Shown: positions 1 to 12,307, counted from the first letter of the stretch. The stretch is 64,000 bases of DNA from Callorhinchus milii (GCF_018977255.1 NW_024704743.1:76384001-76448000), one strand, 5' to 3'. The notes: generated by a model from the letters alone, not told the origin. Made by a program: numbers and translations.

Positions 1-29
1 CGATCTCTTGTGTGTCTGCAGCTGCTGTG

Positions 30-470
30 TGAATCCCAGACACCACAATAATAAATGCCACTGTCATCCGAGGTGGGTCTTATGATTATGAGAGTGCACG
101 AGTCCCCACTTTTATCAGCAGAAAAACGCGAAAAATCAGGCGATATATCTGTCTTATCTTCTGAGTGGTAATAGAGGATCCATTGCAGTCCCTTCCCGGG
201 AGTTTCACGGTACCAGTGAACGTAGTCATTGCCAATATTATTCTTTGTACAGGTAATCCTCGCTACCTTTCCTAATTTGACGATCATGGATCTGGGCTGT
301 GACAAGGTAAAGCCATCACAGCCAACTGGAAAGACAAAAACAATCATTAGGTTATTTTACTCTCTTTCTCTCTCTCGCTCTCTGATAATCTGATGGTTAC
401 TGAATGGCATTCAGATAAACTTACGCGACAGCAAGACGGTCAGTACACAGACACAGCCTGTCCTCAGCAT
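30..470 (-). CDS. TRGV: V1, family A V segment (leader 425-470, V exon 30-325), intact
   Basis: Leader MLRTGCVCVLTVLLS with GT/AG sites. V exon translated by hand is open (GCDGFTLSQPRSMIVKLGKVAR...YYCGVWDS). Heptamer CACAGCA at 23-29; nonamer is off the window edge. Confidence 0.85.
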
Positions 471-2554
471 GTTTGATACCATGTGTGGCCCAGGAACAGC
501 TTCAAGCCAATTTGACCATCTCAGTTGGCTCGTCTTCCTGTGGGAAAGATCCAAACCCGTTTGCACCAATTAGAGCCGTTTTGCGGTTGTTTCCTCCTCC
601 CCTCAGAGCGTAATACTCGAAGCTTTACTTTGTCGCTTTGCCATTTATTCATTATTCTAATAACTTGGATCATTTGATAGAACTTTACTCCCACAGGATT
701 TGAGCTCCTAATCTTGTTTTGCAATGGGGGAACAGAGCACGGTCAGAGGTACTGTCTTTGGGGGTGAGATGTTCAATCGATGTCCCATTGCCTCATTCAG
801 GTTGCCACTAGAAATATTATGACACTTTCAATAACAAAGCTTTTCTCTCTGCCCTGGCCAAGATTGCTCTTTGTGTTCGGGAACTTGCTGGTGCAAATGG
901 GTTTGAGTTTGCCTACAAAGGCAGCCACTGCACACTGAACAACAGTTATTTATGAAGGCAATATGTGCAAAGCATTATGATATGGAAGTTATTCCCTGAC
1001 CAGTCCAGCAGCAGATTGACATCAAATCATACCAAGAGCTATTGATGGAAACATATTTATTTGACAGAGGATTTGGGATTGATATAATTTTCGTTGATAT
1101 CAGTTTGGGAAACCTCACACACACACTTGGGGACACCAACCAAACTGACCTACTGTCAGAGTGAAATTCCATTAGACATTAGTCACAAATGTTAATACAG
1201 CAAATGTTTTACCTCTTTCAAACGCCCCCTCCTGCCCTCTGCAACTGATACAATTCAAGCTTGGGAGGGGGGGGTCACATAATCATCAACTCTCACATTA
1301 TCTTACTCTCTCCTATTCCTTTCAACCTTAGTAGTACCGTAGATCTCATCTTATATGAACGTATGTCAATAAAAATGGAAACTATATGAGGGACCCAGAA
1401 AATTATTATTACAGCTTGTTAATTCGTGATTATTTGTTGCAAATTCTGTTCAACAGAACGTCTTTGATGTTGTAATTCCTGTTTTAATCAGCGTTTCTAT
1501 GACTTGCTTTACACCCATTCCCTTTACTTATTTTTCTTTGCAGAACTGAGAACTTGTTGACTGGTTTAAATATGTGTGTCTTTATAGTCAGTTCGCCCTC
1601 TGCTCGAAATCTGCCTCCGTTAAGCAGAGCTGCGACAGGAAGGTGGAAAGGCTTTCATAGACTTGCACCAAGCAAAAGATTTAAAGGCATACTTACTTGT
1701 AATTTTTTATACTTGGACCTTTTACGAGGAAATCGATTAACTGAACATACCAGGAAGTGCATAGTGACTTGGCCAGTCTTGATCTGTGGCATAAGTTATA
1801 GAATCACAGAATGTGACAGCATAGAAACACACCAATTAGCTCACTAAGGCTGCACTGGTGTTTTGCTCTATATTAAGGCACTTATTCTAATCGCACTCTC
1901 CTGCTCACTGAACATACGCCTCAATATTTCCTTTTTTCCAGGCTTGACTTTTTTTAAGCATAATATGGGCTGTGCTTCAACTATGGTTTATGGCAGATCA
2001 TGTTGCTTGCCAACCACCCTCTGTGTAAAGGGAGTAAAGTTGTGATGTTTAAAGAGTTACTTGTGTTACTTTACGTCTGGATACACGACCACAAGGTGGC
2101 AGCAAACCCATCACAGAAAGTGGATAGAGCCTCTTCAGACCAGATATCCACCATCTCTATATCAGTGAAATTAAAGTAAATTGTAGGAGAGTAGTCATGT
2201 GTTGTTTATGAGTTATTTTGTCGGTTTGATCCCAAGGCACTATTCAAAAAGTGAATGGGGTTAATCTCGGTGTCCTGCCTTCGTAGGGATTTAATCTTAT
2301 AATTAATACATGCAGCCAATTGAAATACAATCGTGTTGTTTCAAAGCTGGAATTATCCTATTTGGGAAACGATTCCGTTTTTCATGTTTTTTTTTTATTT
2401 TTTTTTATTTTTTTATGTGCACGCCCACCATGTGATTATTGTTGCGCAATCTACCATAGGTGTAAAATGTCTGAGTGACCAAAATAAGGTTCCTCTGTAA
2501 CTCTTTCCATCCTGTTAATATAATGAACACAACGCCCTCTAAATAGTTTTTCCT

Positions 2555-2593
2555 AGTTTCTGGTCCACAACTATCAGGATTGACCAGACTGTG
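2555..2593 (-). other. Second 23-RSS-like signal downstream of V2
   Basis: CACAGTC + 23 nt + CCAGAAACT, 80 nt beyond the primary nonamer. Confidence 0.6.
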
Positions 2594-2712
2594 ATCTCTC
2601 TGCTGCAGTTAACAATCTCCTCCTCAATACACTGAGACCCAACTGCAGCCGTGTTGGCTTCTGAGTAAAGGCAAGTTTTTGTGCGATCTCTTGTGAGTCT
2701 GCAGCTGCTGTG

Positions 2713-3144
2713 TGAATCCCAGACACCACAATAATAAATGCCACTGTCATTCGGCTTAACTTTTATGATTGTAAGAATACTCGAGTCCCCACTTTTATCA
2801 GCAGAAAAACGCAATGGAAAATCAGGCGAGTTTTCTGTCTTAGTTCCTGCGTTGTAGAGAATCCATTGAAGCTCCTTCCCGGGATTCCCAAGGTACCAGT
2901 GAACATAGTCGTTGCCCATCGATTTCCCATGCATTGTACAGGTAATCCTTGCTGTTCTTCCTTGATTATTGATCATGGATCTGGGCTGTGACAAGGTAAA
3001 ACCATCACAGCCAAATGGAAACAGAAAATAAAATCATCAGCATCATTTACTGTCACTGATAATGTGATGATCATTAAATTGCATTCAGATAAACTTACGT
3101 GACACCAGAGCACACAGCACACAGACACAACCTGCCCCCCGCAT
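2713..3144 (-). pseudogene. TRGV: V2, family B V segment (leader 3099-3144, V exon 2713-3014); ORF open but splice acceptor mutated AG>AT
   Basis: ORF 2539-2994. RSS CACAGCA-23-ACAAAAACT at 2674-2712. Acceptor reads TTCCAT/TTGGC where paralogs read TTCCAG/TTGGC. Confidence 0.75.
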
Positions 3145-3930
3145 ATCTGATGTGAAAAGCTTGAAGGGGATCTGACCATCTCACTGCGTTCCTCTTGAGT
3201 GAGAATGGTCTAAACCTATTTGTGCCAATAAGCAGTGTTTGCGGTTATGTTACCCCTCCCCCCACGACTTCTTCAAACTGAGCATCACCTATTGCCAATT
3301 ATTCATTTTATTAACATATTGGCTCATTTGGCAGCACTGCAGGTTCTGGTACAGAAGGTTGTGGGTTCAAGAACCACAGCATTTGTACTTCTGTTAGACA
3401 ACAGGATATCATCCATGGAGTCTGGCATTGATGGTCTCACAGAGCTTGCTTTGGTACAACTGATAATCCATGAGGCCATGGTTATATTTTTACAAATATA
3501 GCAGCATTCACAACACAGAAAGCTGTTAGTGAAAACACATGTTTCACCATCTTCGATTTACCATCAGAGAGAACTAATATGTCACGATACTTAAAATTTG
3601 ATTCTCCAGAAAAATGAGCAAGAAACTGATCTGTAAGTGCGATCTTTAGTGGATTTCATTTTGAGCAAACATGTTACAGTCAATGGAATCCATAGAAGCC
3701 AATGGCAATGCAAATATATTGTCGTATTCACTTATATAATAGACACAGGACTTCACAGTAAAAACCCTTTGAGAAACGTTTTGAGATGTGATATTTGGGC
3801 GATATCATCAGATTGTTTTCTCTGCTGCAGTTAACAATCTGCCCTTCAATACACAGTCCCAGCTGCAGCCGAGGTGATCTTGTGAAAGGCAACTTTTTGT
3901 ACGATGCCTTGTGTGTCTGGGAGGGCGGTG

Positions 3931-4356
3931 TGAATGCCAGAGCCCACAGTAATAGGTGGCTGTGTCCTCCTGGACGGGTTTTATGATTGTTAGAATGCAC
4001 AACTGACCACTTTTAACAGCAGAGAAACGCTCTGAAAAGGCAGGTGAGGTTTCCGTCTGACTTTCTGAGCGGTAATAGAGAATCCACTGAAACTCCTTCC
4101 CGGGATTCCCACGGTACCAGTGAACATACACATTCTGCATTGATGCACCGCCAGAGTGCAGGTCATCTCTACTGTTCTGCCGGTTTTCTTGACCATGGAT
4201 CCGGGCTGCGTCAAGGAAAGACCATCACAGCCCACTGGAAAGACAAAAACAATTCCTTATTTTATTTTACTCTTTGATAATGTGATAATCCTTTAATTGC
4301 ATACAGAAAAACTTACGTGTCACCAGGACACTCAGCACAGAGACACAACCCCACAT
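3931..4356 (-). pseudogene. TRGV: V3, family C V segment (leader 4317-4356, V exon 3931-4234), 1-nt frameshift near 4149
   Basis: V is split across ORFs 3990-4235 and 3808-4140 (gcaccgcc here vs gcacccgcc in V6/V9). RSS CACCGCC-23-ACAAAAAGT at 3892-3930. Confidence 0.8.
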
Positions 4357-4947
4357 ATCTGATGTGATGTGTGGACCAGAGACAGTTTGAAGCGGATCGG
4401 ATCACTTCACCTCACGTTTCTCGCTGTGGGAATGATCCAAACCTCTTTCTGCCTAATAGGGTTGTTGTGTGGTTGTGTTTCTCCCCTCCCCCACACCGAT
4501 CTCTTCAGACCACACGATATCTGGGGCCATTTACTCTCTTGTTGGATCAGTTTTATATGGAGGGCAGTTATTGGGAGAAATTCCTCATCTGGTTCTAAAT
4601 CGAGGATTCAGATTTTTTTTNAAGTGAAAAAACGTTTCATGATTTTTCATCTCCCATCAAGCAGAATTGACATGTTATAGTTTACAGTGCAACTCAGAAG
4701 GCGTAAGCAGGAGCCGAGCGTGAACTTTGTTGGGTTTAACCATACAATTAGTAAGTTGCACCGAATGGAGATTTCAAAAAATTCGCCTTCAAACTGGAAT
4801 TGTTAAGGTTTCCACGTGTAAGTGTTTGTTATTGATTTGCTGTATTTACAAGTACAAAATATCTGAGTGACTAAAATAAAGTTCCTCTTTAACTCTTTCC
4901 CTCCTACTTAATACAATGAACACAACGCCCTCTTTATAGTTCTTCCC

Positions 4948-4986
4948 AGTTTCTGGACCACAACTATCAGGATTGACCAGACTGTG
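4948..4986 (-). other. Second 23-RSS-like signal downstream of V4
   Basis: CACAGTC-23-CCAGAAACT, 81 nt beyond the primary nonamer. Confidence 0.6.
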
Positions 4987-5106
4987 ATCTCTCTGCTGCA
5001 GTTAACAGTCTCCTCCTCAATACACTGAGAACCAACTGCAGCCGTGTTGGCTTCCGAGTGAAAGGGACGTTTTTGTACGATCTCTTGTGTGTCTGCAGCT
5101 GCTGTG

Positions 5107-5535
5107 TGAATCCCAGACACCACAATAATAAATGCCACTGTCACCCGAGGTGAGGCTTTTGATTCTGAGAGTGCACGAGTCCACAATTTTTTGAGCAGAA
5201 AAACTGGGAAAATCAGGCGAGTTTTCTTTCTTATTTCCTGAGTGGTAATAGAGGATCCATTGCAGCCCCTTCCCGGGATTTTCACGGTACCAGTGAACAT
5301 AGTCATTGTCAATATTATTCTTTGTACAGGTAATCCTCGCTACTGATCCTGATTTCGCGATAATGGATCTGGGCTGTGACAAGGTAAAGCCATCACAGCC
5401 AACTGGAAAGACAAAAACAATCATTAGGTTATTTTACTCTCTCTCTCTGACAATCTGATGGTTACTGAATGGCATTCAGATAAACTTACGCGACAGCAAG
5501 ACGGTCAGTACACAGACACAGCCTGTCCTCAGCAT
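5107..5535 (-). CDS. TRGV: V4, family A V segment (leader 5490-5535, V exon 5107-5402), intact
   Basis: ORF 5017-5424; GT/AG sites intact; RSS CACAGCA-23-ACAAAAACG at 5068-5106. Confidence 0.87.
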
Positions 5536-5569
5536 GTTTGATACCATGTGTGGCCCAGGAACAGCTTCA

Positions 5570-5660
5570 AGCCAATTTGACCATCTCAGTTGGCTCGTCT
5601 TCCTGTGGGAAAGATCCAAACCCGTTTGCACCAATTAGAGCCGTTTTGTGGTTGTTTCCT
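5570..5660 (-). promoter_or_regulatory. Putative V promoter block (example upstream of V4; homologs upstream of other V leaders)
   Basis: Block about 35-125 nt upstream of the leader ATG with CCAAT-type and GGAA (ETS-type) cores. A related block occurs at the same position in families B and C. Function is inferred. Confidence 0.45.
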
Positions 5661-6121
5661 CCTCCCCTCAGAGCGTAATACTCAAATCTTTACTATTTCA
5701 CATTCTGCTGCTCACTCCACATACACCTCAATATATCTCTTCTTCAGGCTTTACATTTTTTTAATCTATAATATAGGCTGTGCGTCAGCAATGGTTGAGG
5801 CATGATATTTTATATGGCAACACCCCACCCCCCACCACCGTGTAAAGGGAATAAGATTGTGATGTTTAAAGCGTTACTTATATTAATTTACGGCTTCATA
5901 CACGACCCCAGGTGGCCGCCCACCCCACACAGTATGTGTATGCATACTTGAGACAGATAGCCATCAACTCGATATTAATGAAAGTAAATTGTAGGACTCA
6001 GAGTAATCATGTGTTGGCTTATGAGTTATTTAATTCTTTTTTTGGGAGGATGGGTTAGCCACATGTCTGATACATATGACAACTCATCACCATACCAGAC
6101 TGAGAGTTCCATACATGTATG

Positions 6122-6248
6122 CCATGGTAGCAGTGAACATAGTCATTGCCCATCGATTTATCATGCATTGTACAGGTAATCACTGCTGTTCTTCTTCGAT
6201 TATTGTTCATGGATCTGGGCTGTGACAAGGTAAAACCATCACAGCCAA
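6122..6248 (-). pseudogene. TRGV: V5, family B fragment (FR1-CDR1 only; leader and 3' half deleted)
   Basis: Homologous to the 5' part of the V2/V15 exons; no leader exon and no RSS. Confidence 0.75.
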
Positions 6249-7213
6249 CTGGAAACAGAAAATAAAATCATTTACTATCTCTGATAATGTGATGATCATT
6301 CAATTGCATCTAACCCTGTTTGTGCCAATAAGCAGTGTTTGCCGTTATGTTACCCCTCCCCCCACCACCTCAAGCTGGGCAGTACCTTTGCCAATTATTC
6401 ATTTTCTAACATATTGGCTCATTTGGCAACACTCAGGTTCCGCGTCAAAAGGTTGTGGTTTCAAGACCTGCAGCATTTGCACTTCTGTTAGGGAATAGGG
6501 TGTCAGCTATGGAGTCTGGCATTGATGGTCTCACAGAGCTTGTTTTGGCAAAGACTGTGCTATGACTGATCTATAATTTTTGGAGAGTAATGATGGTGAG
6601 TAGGGCCTTAGGGAAATCAGGTCTGGAGGGGACAAATGCGTGGAGGAGGGATTTGGCTGTATTGGGAGTGATGTGAGGACAGAGGCAGGTGATTAAGACA
6701 ATGGTCTTCAGCAGAACTTGATTTTAAGACACATTTCAACCTCTATTACAATAATATTGAATTCATGTTACAACTGATACGCCATGAGGCTGTAGTTATA
6801 TTTTACAAATATAGCAGTATGCACAACAAAGAAAACATAGGTTTCACCATCTTTCATTTACCATCAGAGAGAACTGATATGTCAGATACTTAAAACGTGC
6901 ATCTCTGGAGGAATGAGCAGGAGACTGTCATCTGTAAATGCGACCTTCAGTAGATTTAATTTTGAACAACACATTTTACAGTCAATAGAATCCTTCAAAG
7001 CCAATGGCAATGCACAGACATTATGTTATTCACTTCTGTAATACAGTTACTGGACTGCACTTGAAAAACACTTTGACAAACAACAAGATTATATTTTTGA
7101 AGGGCCTTCAGATTTTACCAGGTTGTTTTCCCTCTGCTTCAGTTAACAATCTCCCCTTCAATACACTGAGACACAGCTGCAGCCGAAGTGATCTTCTAGA
7201 GAAAGGCAACTTT

Positions 7214-7522
7214 AATAATAATAATTCTTGCATTTGGTAAAGCACTTTTCGCGTCTTCTAGATGGCTCAAACCGCTTCACAGAATATACTGTAAAGTGAA
7301 TTGACTGTATACTTGTGGGCGAAACCCAACAGACAATTGCACAAAGCCATGTCCCACAAACAGTCATGGATTGAAGTGACCAATTTATTTTTTCTTTTCT
7401 TGAGGGATTATTATCAGACTTGTGGAGTAAGGAAACTTGCCGAAGGTTTTGTCCCACCAGGAATCGAACCCAATTCCGTCGCTTGAGAGGTGAGTGCTCT
7501 AACCACTGAGCTCCAGGACTCC
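7214..7522 (-). mobile_element. tRNA-headed SINE (young family) inserted at the V6 RSS nonamer
   Basis: Head GGAGTCCTG.AGCTCAGTGGTTAGAGCACTC with A/B boxes and an (ATT)n tail; the site is empty in V3. Confidence 0.85.
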
Positions 7523-7557
7523 ACTGTTTGTACGATTGTGTGTCTGGGAGGGCTGTG

Positions 7558-7984
7558 TGAATGCCAGAGCCCACAGTAATAGGTGGCTCTGTCTTCCTGG
7601 ACGGGTTTTATGATTGTTAGAATGCACAACTGACCACTTTTAACAGCAGAGAAACGCTCTGAAAAGGCAGGTGAGGTTTTCATCTGACTTTCTGAGCCCT
7701 AATAGAGAATCCACTGAAACTCCTTCCCGGGATTCCCATGGTACCAGTGAACATACACATTCTGCATTGATGCACCCGCCAGAGTGCAGGTCATCTCTAC
7801 TGTTCTGCCGGTTTTCTTGACCATGGATCCGGGCTGCGTCAAGGAAAGACCATCACAGCCCACTGGAAAGACAAAAACAATTCCTTATTTTATTTTACTC
7901 TCTGATAATGTGATAATCCTTTAATTGCATCCAGAAAAACTTACGTGTCACCAGGACACTCAGCACAGAGACACAACCCCACAT
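7558..7984 (-). pseudogene. TRGV: V6, family C V segment (leader 7945-7984, V exon 7558-7862); nonsense TAC>TAG near 7700, RSS spacer 19 nt, SINE beside RSS
   Basis: ATT CTC TAT TAG after QW. Heptamer CACAGCC at 7551-7557 with a 4-nt spacer deletion relative to V3/V12. Confidence 0.82.
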
Positions 7985-8574
7985 ATCTGATGTGATGTGT
8001 GGACCAGAGACAGTTTGAAGCGGATCGGATCACTTCACCTCACGCTTCTCGCTGTGGGAATGATCCAAACCTCTTTCTGCCAAATAGCGTTTTTGTGTGG
8101 TTGTGTTTCTCCCCTCCCCCACACCGATCTCTTCAGACCACACGATATCTGGGGCCATTTACTCTTTTGTTGCATCAGTTTTATATGGAGGGTAGTTATT
8201 GGGAGAAACTCCTCATCTGGTTCTAAATCGAGGATTTAGATTTTTTTTAAGTGAAAAAACTTTTCATGATTTTTCATCTCCCATCAAGCAGAATTGACAT
8301 GTTATAGTTTACAGTGCAACTCAGAAGGCGTGAGCAGGAGCCGAGCGTGAACTTTGTTGGGTTTAACTTTACAATTAGTAAGTTGCACCGAATGGAGATT
8401 TCAAAAATTTCGCCTTCAAACTGGAATTGTTAAGGTTTCCACGTGTAAGTGTTTGTTATTGATTTGCTGTGTTTACAAGTACAAAATATCTGAGTGACTA
8501 AAATAAAGTTCCTCTTTAACTCTTTCCCTCCTACTTAATACAATGAACACAACTCCCTCTTTATAGTTCTTCCC

Positions 8575-8613
8575 AGTTTCTGGACAACAACTATCAGGAT
8601 TGACCAGACTGTG
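8575..8613 (-). other. Second 23-RSS-like signal downstream of V7
   Basis: CACAGTC-23-CCAGAAACT. Confidence 0.6.
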
Positions 8614-8733
8614 ATCTCTCTGCTGCAGTTTACAGTCTCCTCCTCAATACACTGAGACCCAACTGCAGCCGTGTTGGCTTCCGAGTGAAAGGGAAGTTTT
8701 TGTACGATCTCTTGTGTGTCTGCAGCTGCTGTG

Positions 8734-9162
8734 TGAATCCCAGACACCACAATAATAAATGCCACTGTCACCCGAGGTGAGGCTTTTGATTCTGAGAGTG
8801 CATGAGTCCACAGTTTTTTGAGCTGAATAACCGGGAAAATCAGGCGAGTTTTCTTTCTTATTTCCTGAGTGGTAATAGAGGATCCATTGCAGTCCCTTCC
8901 CGGGAGTTTCACGGTACCAGTGAACATAGTCATTGCCAATATTATTCTTTGTACAGGTAATCTTAACTGCCTTTCCTGATTTGACGATCATGGATAAGGG
9001 CTGTGACAAGGTAAAGCCATCACAGCCAACTGGAAAGACAAAAACAATCATTAGTTTATTTTACTTTCTCTCTCTGACAATCTGATGGTTACTGAATGGC
9101 ATTCAGATAAACTTACGCGACAGCAAGACGGTCAGTACACAGACACAGCCTGTCCTCAGCAT
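8734..9162 (-). CDS. TRGV: V7, family A V segment (leader 9117-9162, V exon 8734-9029), intact
   Basis: ORF 8644-9051; 23-RSS at 8695-8733. Confidence 0.87.
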
Positions 9163-9748
9163 GTTTGATACCATGTGTGGCCCAGGAGCAGCTTCAAACC
9201 AATTTGACCATCTCAGTTGGCTCGTCTTCCTGTGGGAAAGATCCAAACCCGTTTGCACCAATTAGAGCCGTTTTGTGGTTGTTTCCTCCTCCCCTCAGAG
9301 CGTAATACTCAAAGCTTTACTATTTCACATTCTGCTGCTCACTCCACATACACCTCAATATATCTCTTCTTCAGGCTTTACGTTTTTTTAATCTATAATA
9401 TAGGCTGTGCGTCAGCAATGGTTGAGGCATGACATTTTATATGGCAACACCCCACCCCCCACCACCGTGTAAAGGGAATAAGGTTGTGATGTTTAAAGTG
9501 TTACTTATATTAATTTACGGCTTCATACACGACCCCAGGTGGCCGCCCACCCCACACAGTATGTGTATGCATACTTGAGACAGATAGCCATCAACTCGAT
9601 ATTAATGAAAGTAAATTGTAGGACTCAGAGTAATCATGTGTTGGCTTATGAGTTATTTAATTCTTTTTTTGGGAGGATGGGTTAGCCACATGTCTGATAC
9701 ATATGACAACTCATCACCATACCAGACTGAGAGTTCCATACATGTATG

Positions 9749-9875
9749 CCATGGTAGCAGTGAACATAGTCATTGCCCATCGATTTATCATGCATTGTAC
9801 AGGTAATCACTGCTGTTCTTCTTCGATTATTGTTCATGGATCTGGGCTGTGACAAGGTAAAACCATCACAGCCAA
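9749..9875 (-). pseudogene. TRGV: V8, family B fragment (duplicate of V5)
   Basis: Same truncation as V5, at an offset of 3627 nt. Confidence 0.75.
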
Positions 9876-10840
9876 CTGGAAACAGAAAATAAAATCATTT
9901 ACTATCTCTGATAATGTGATGATCATTCAATTGCATCTAACCCTGTTTGTGCCAATAAGCAGTGTTTGCCGTTATGTTACCCCTCCCCCCACCACCTCAA
10001 GCTGGGCAGTACCTTTGCCAATTATTCATTTTCTAACATATTGGCTCATTTGGCAACACTCAGGTTCCGCGTCAAAAGGTTGTGGTTTCAAGACCTGCAG
10101 CATTTGCACTTCTGTTAGGGAATAGGGTGTCAGCTATGGAGTCTGGCATTGATGGTCTCACAGAGCTTGTTTTGGCAAAGACTGTGCTATGACTGATCTA
10201 TAATTTTTGGAGAGTAATGATGGTGAGTAGGGCCTTAGGGAAATCAGGTCTGGAGGGGACAAATGCGTGGAGGAGGGATTTGGCTGTATTGGGAGTGATG
10301 TGAGGACAGAGGCAGGTGATTAAGACAATGGTCTTCAGCAGAACTTGATTTTAAGACACATTTCAACCTCTATTACAATAATATTGAATTCATGTTACAA
10401 CTGATACGCCATGAGGCTGTAGTTATATTTTACAAATATAGCAGTATGCACAACAAAGAAAACATAGGTTTCACCATCTTTCATTTACCATCAGAGAGAA
10501 CTGATATGTCAGATACTTAAAACGTGCATCTCTGGAGGAATGAGCAGGAGACTGTCATCTGTAAATGCGACCTTCAGTAGATTTAATTTTGAACAACACA
10601 TTTTACAGTCAATAGAATCCTTCAAAGCCAATGGCAATGCACATACATTATGTTATTCACTTCTGTAATACAGTTACTGGACTGCACTTGAAAAACACTT
10701 TGACAAACAACAAGATTATATTTTTGAAGGGCCTTCAGATTTTACCAGGTTGTTTTCCCTCTGCTTCAGTTAACAATCTCCCCTTCAATACACTGAGACA
10801 CAGCTGCAGCCGAAGTGATCTTCTAGAGAAAGGCAACTTT

Positions 10841-11149
10841 AATAATAATAATTCTTGCATTTGGTAAAGCACTTTTCGCGTCTTCTAGATGGCTCAAACC
10901 GCTTCACAGAATATACTGTAAAGTGAATTGACTGTATACTTGTGGGCGAAACCCAACAGACAATTGCACAAAGCCATGTCCCACAAACAGTCATGGATTG
11001 AAGTGACCAATTTATTTTTTCTTTTCTTGAGGGATTATTATCAGACTTGTGGAGTAAGGAAACTTGCCGAAGGTTTTGTCCCACCAGGAATCGAACCCAA
11101 TTCCGTCGCTTGAGAGGTGAGTGCTCTAACCACTGAGCTCCAGGACTCC
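10841..11149 (-). mobile_element. tRNA-headed SINE at the V9 RSS (duplicate of the V6 insertion)
   Basis: Identical insertion point to V6. Confidence 0.85.
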
Positions 11150-11184
11150 ACTGTTTGTACGATTGTGTGTCTGGGAGGGCTGTG

Positions 11185-11611
11185 TGAATGCCAGAGCCCA
11201 CAGTAATAGGTGGCTCTGTCTTCCTGGACGGGTTTTATGATTGTTAGAATGCACAACTGACCACTTTTAACAGCAGAGAAACGCTCTGAAAAGGCAGGTG
11301 AGGTTTTCATCTGACTTTCTGAGCCCTAATAGAGAATCCACTGAAACTCCTTCCCGGGATTCCCATGGTACCAGTGAACATACACATTCTGCATTGATGC
11401 ACCCGCCAGAGTGCAGGTCATCTCTACTGTTCTGCCGGTTTTCTTGACCATGGATCCGGGCTGCGTCAAGGAAAGACCATCACAGCCCACTGGAAAGACA
11501 AAAACAATTCCTTATTTTATTTTACTCTTTGATAATGTGATAAACCTTTAATTGCATCCAGAAAAACTTACGTGTCACCAGGACACTCAGCACAGAGACA
11601 CAACCCCACAT
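11185..11611 (-). pseudogene. TRGV: V9, family C V segment (leader 11572-11611, V exon 11185-11489), duplicate of V6 with the same stop and RSS defect
   Basis: Near-identical to V6 at an offset of 3627 nt. Confidence 0.82.
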
Positions 11612-12148
11612 ATCTGATGTGATGTGTGGACCAGAGACAGTTTGAAGCGGATCGGATCACTTCACCTCACGCTTCTCGCTGTGGGAATGATCCAAACCTC
11701 TTTCTGCCAAATAGCGTTGTTGTGTGGTTGTGTTTCTCCCCTCCCCCACACCGATCTCTTCAGACCACACGATATCTGGGGCCATTTACTCTTTTGTTGC
11801 ATCAGTTTTATATGGAGGGCAGTTATTGGGAGAAATTCCTCATCTGGTTCTAAATCGAGGATTTAATTTTTTTTTAAGTGAAAAAACGTTTCATGATTTT
11901 TCAACTCCCATCAAGCAGAATTGACATGTTATAGTTTACAGTGCAACTCAGAAGGCGTGAGCAGGAGCCGAGCGTGAACTTTGTTGGGTTTAACCTTACA
12001 ATTAGTAAGTTTCCATGTGTAAGTGTTTGTTATTGATTTGATGTGTTTAAAAGTAGAAAATATCTGAGTGAATAAAATAAGGTTCCCCTTTAACTCTTTC
12101 CCTTCTGCTTAATGCAATGAACACAACGCCCTCTATATAGTTCTTCCC

Positions 12149-12187
12149 AGTTTCTGGACCACAACTATCAGGATTGACCAGACTGTG
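12149..12187 (-). other. Second 23-RSS-like signal downstream of V10
   Basis: CACAGTC-23-CCAGAAACT. Confidence 0.6.
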
Positions 12188-12307
12188 ATCTCTCTGCTGC
12201 AGTTAACAATCTCCCCCTCAATACACTGAGACCCAACTGCAGCCGTGTTGGCTTCCGAGTGAAACACAAGTTTTTGTGCGATCTCTTGTGCGTCTGCAGC
12301 TGCTGTG

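Larger units (their letters stand above)
4230..12010. repeat. Recent tandem duplication, period about 3627 nt
   Basis: ORF pairs at a constant offset (5017/8644, 7414/11041, 7997/11624); intergenic copies differ at only a few sites per kb. Confidence 0.9.

Noticed and set aside
4987-5067. A D segment between the two RSS
   Set aside because: No 5' 12-RSS (nonamer-12-CACTGTG) in either orientation; CACTGAG and CACGGCT have no nonamer at 12 or 23 nt.
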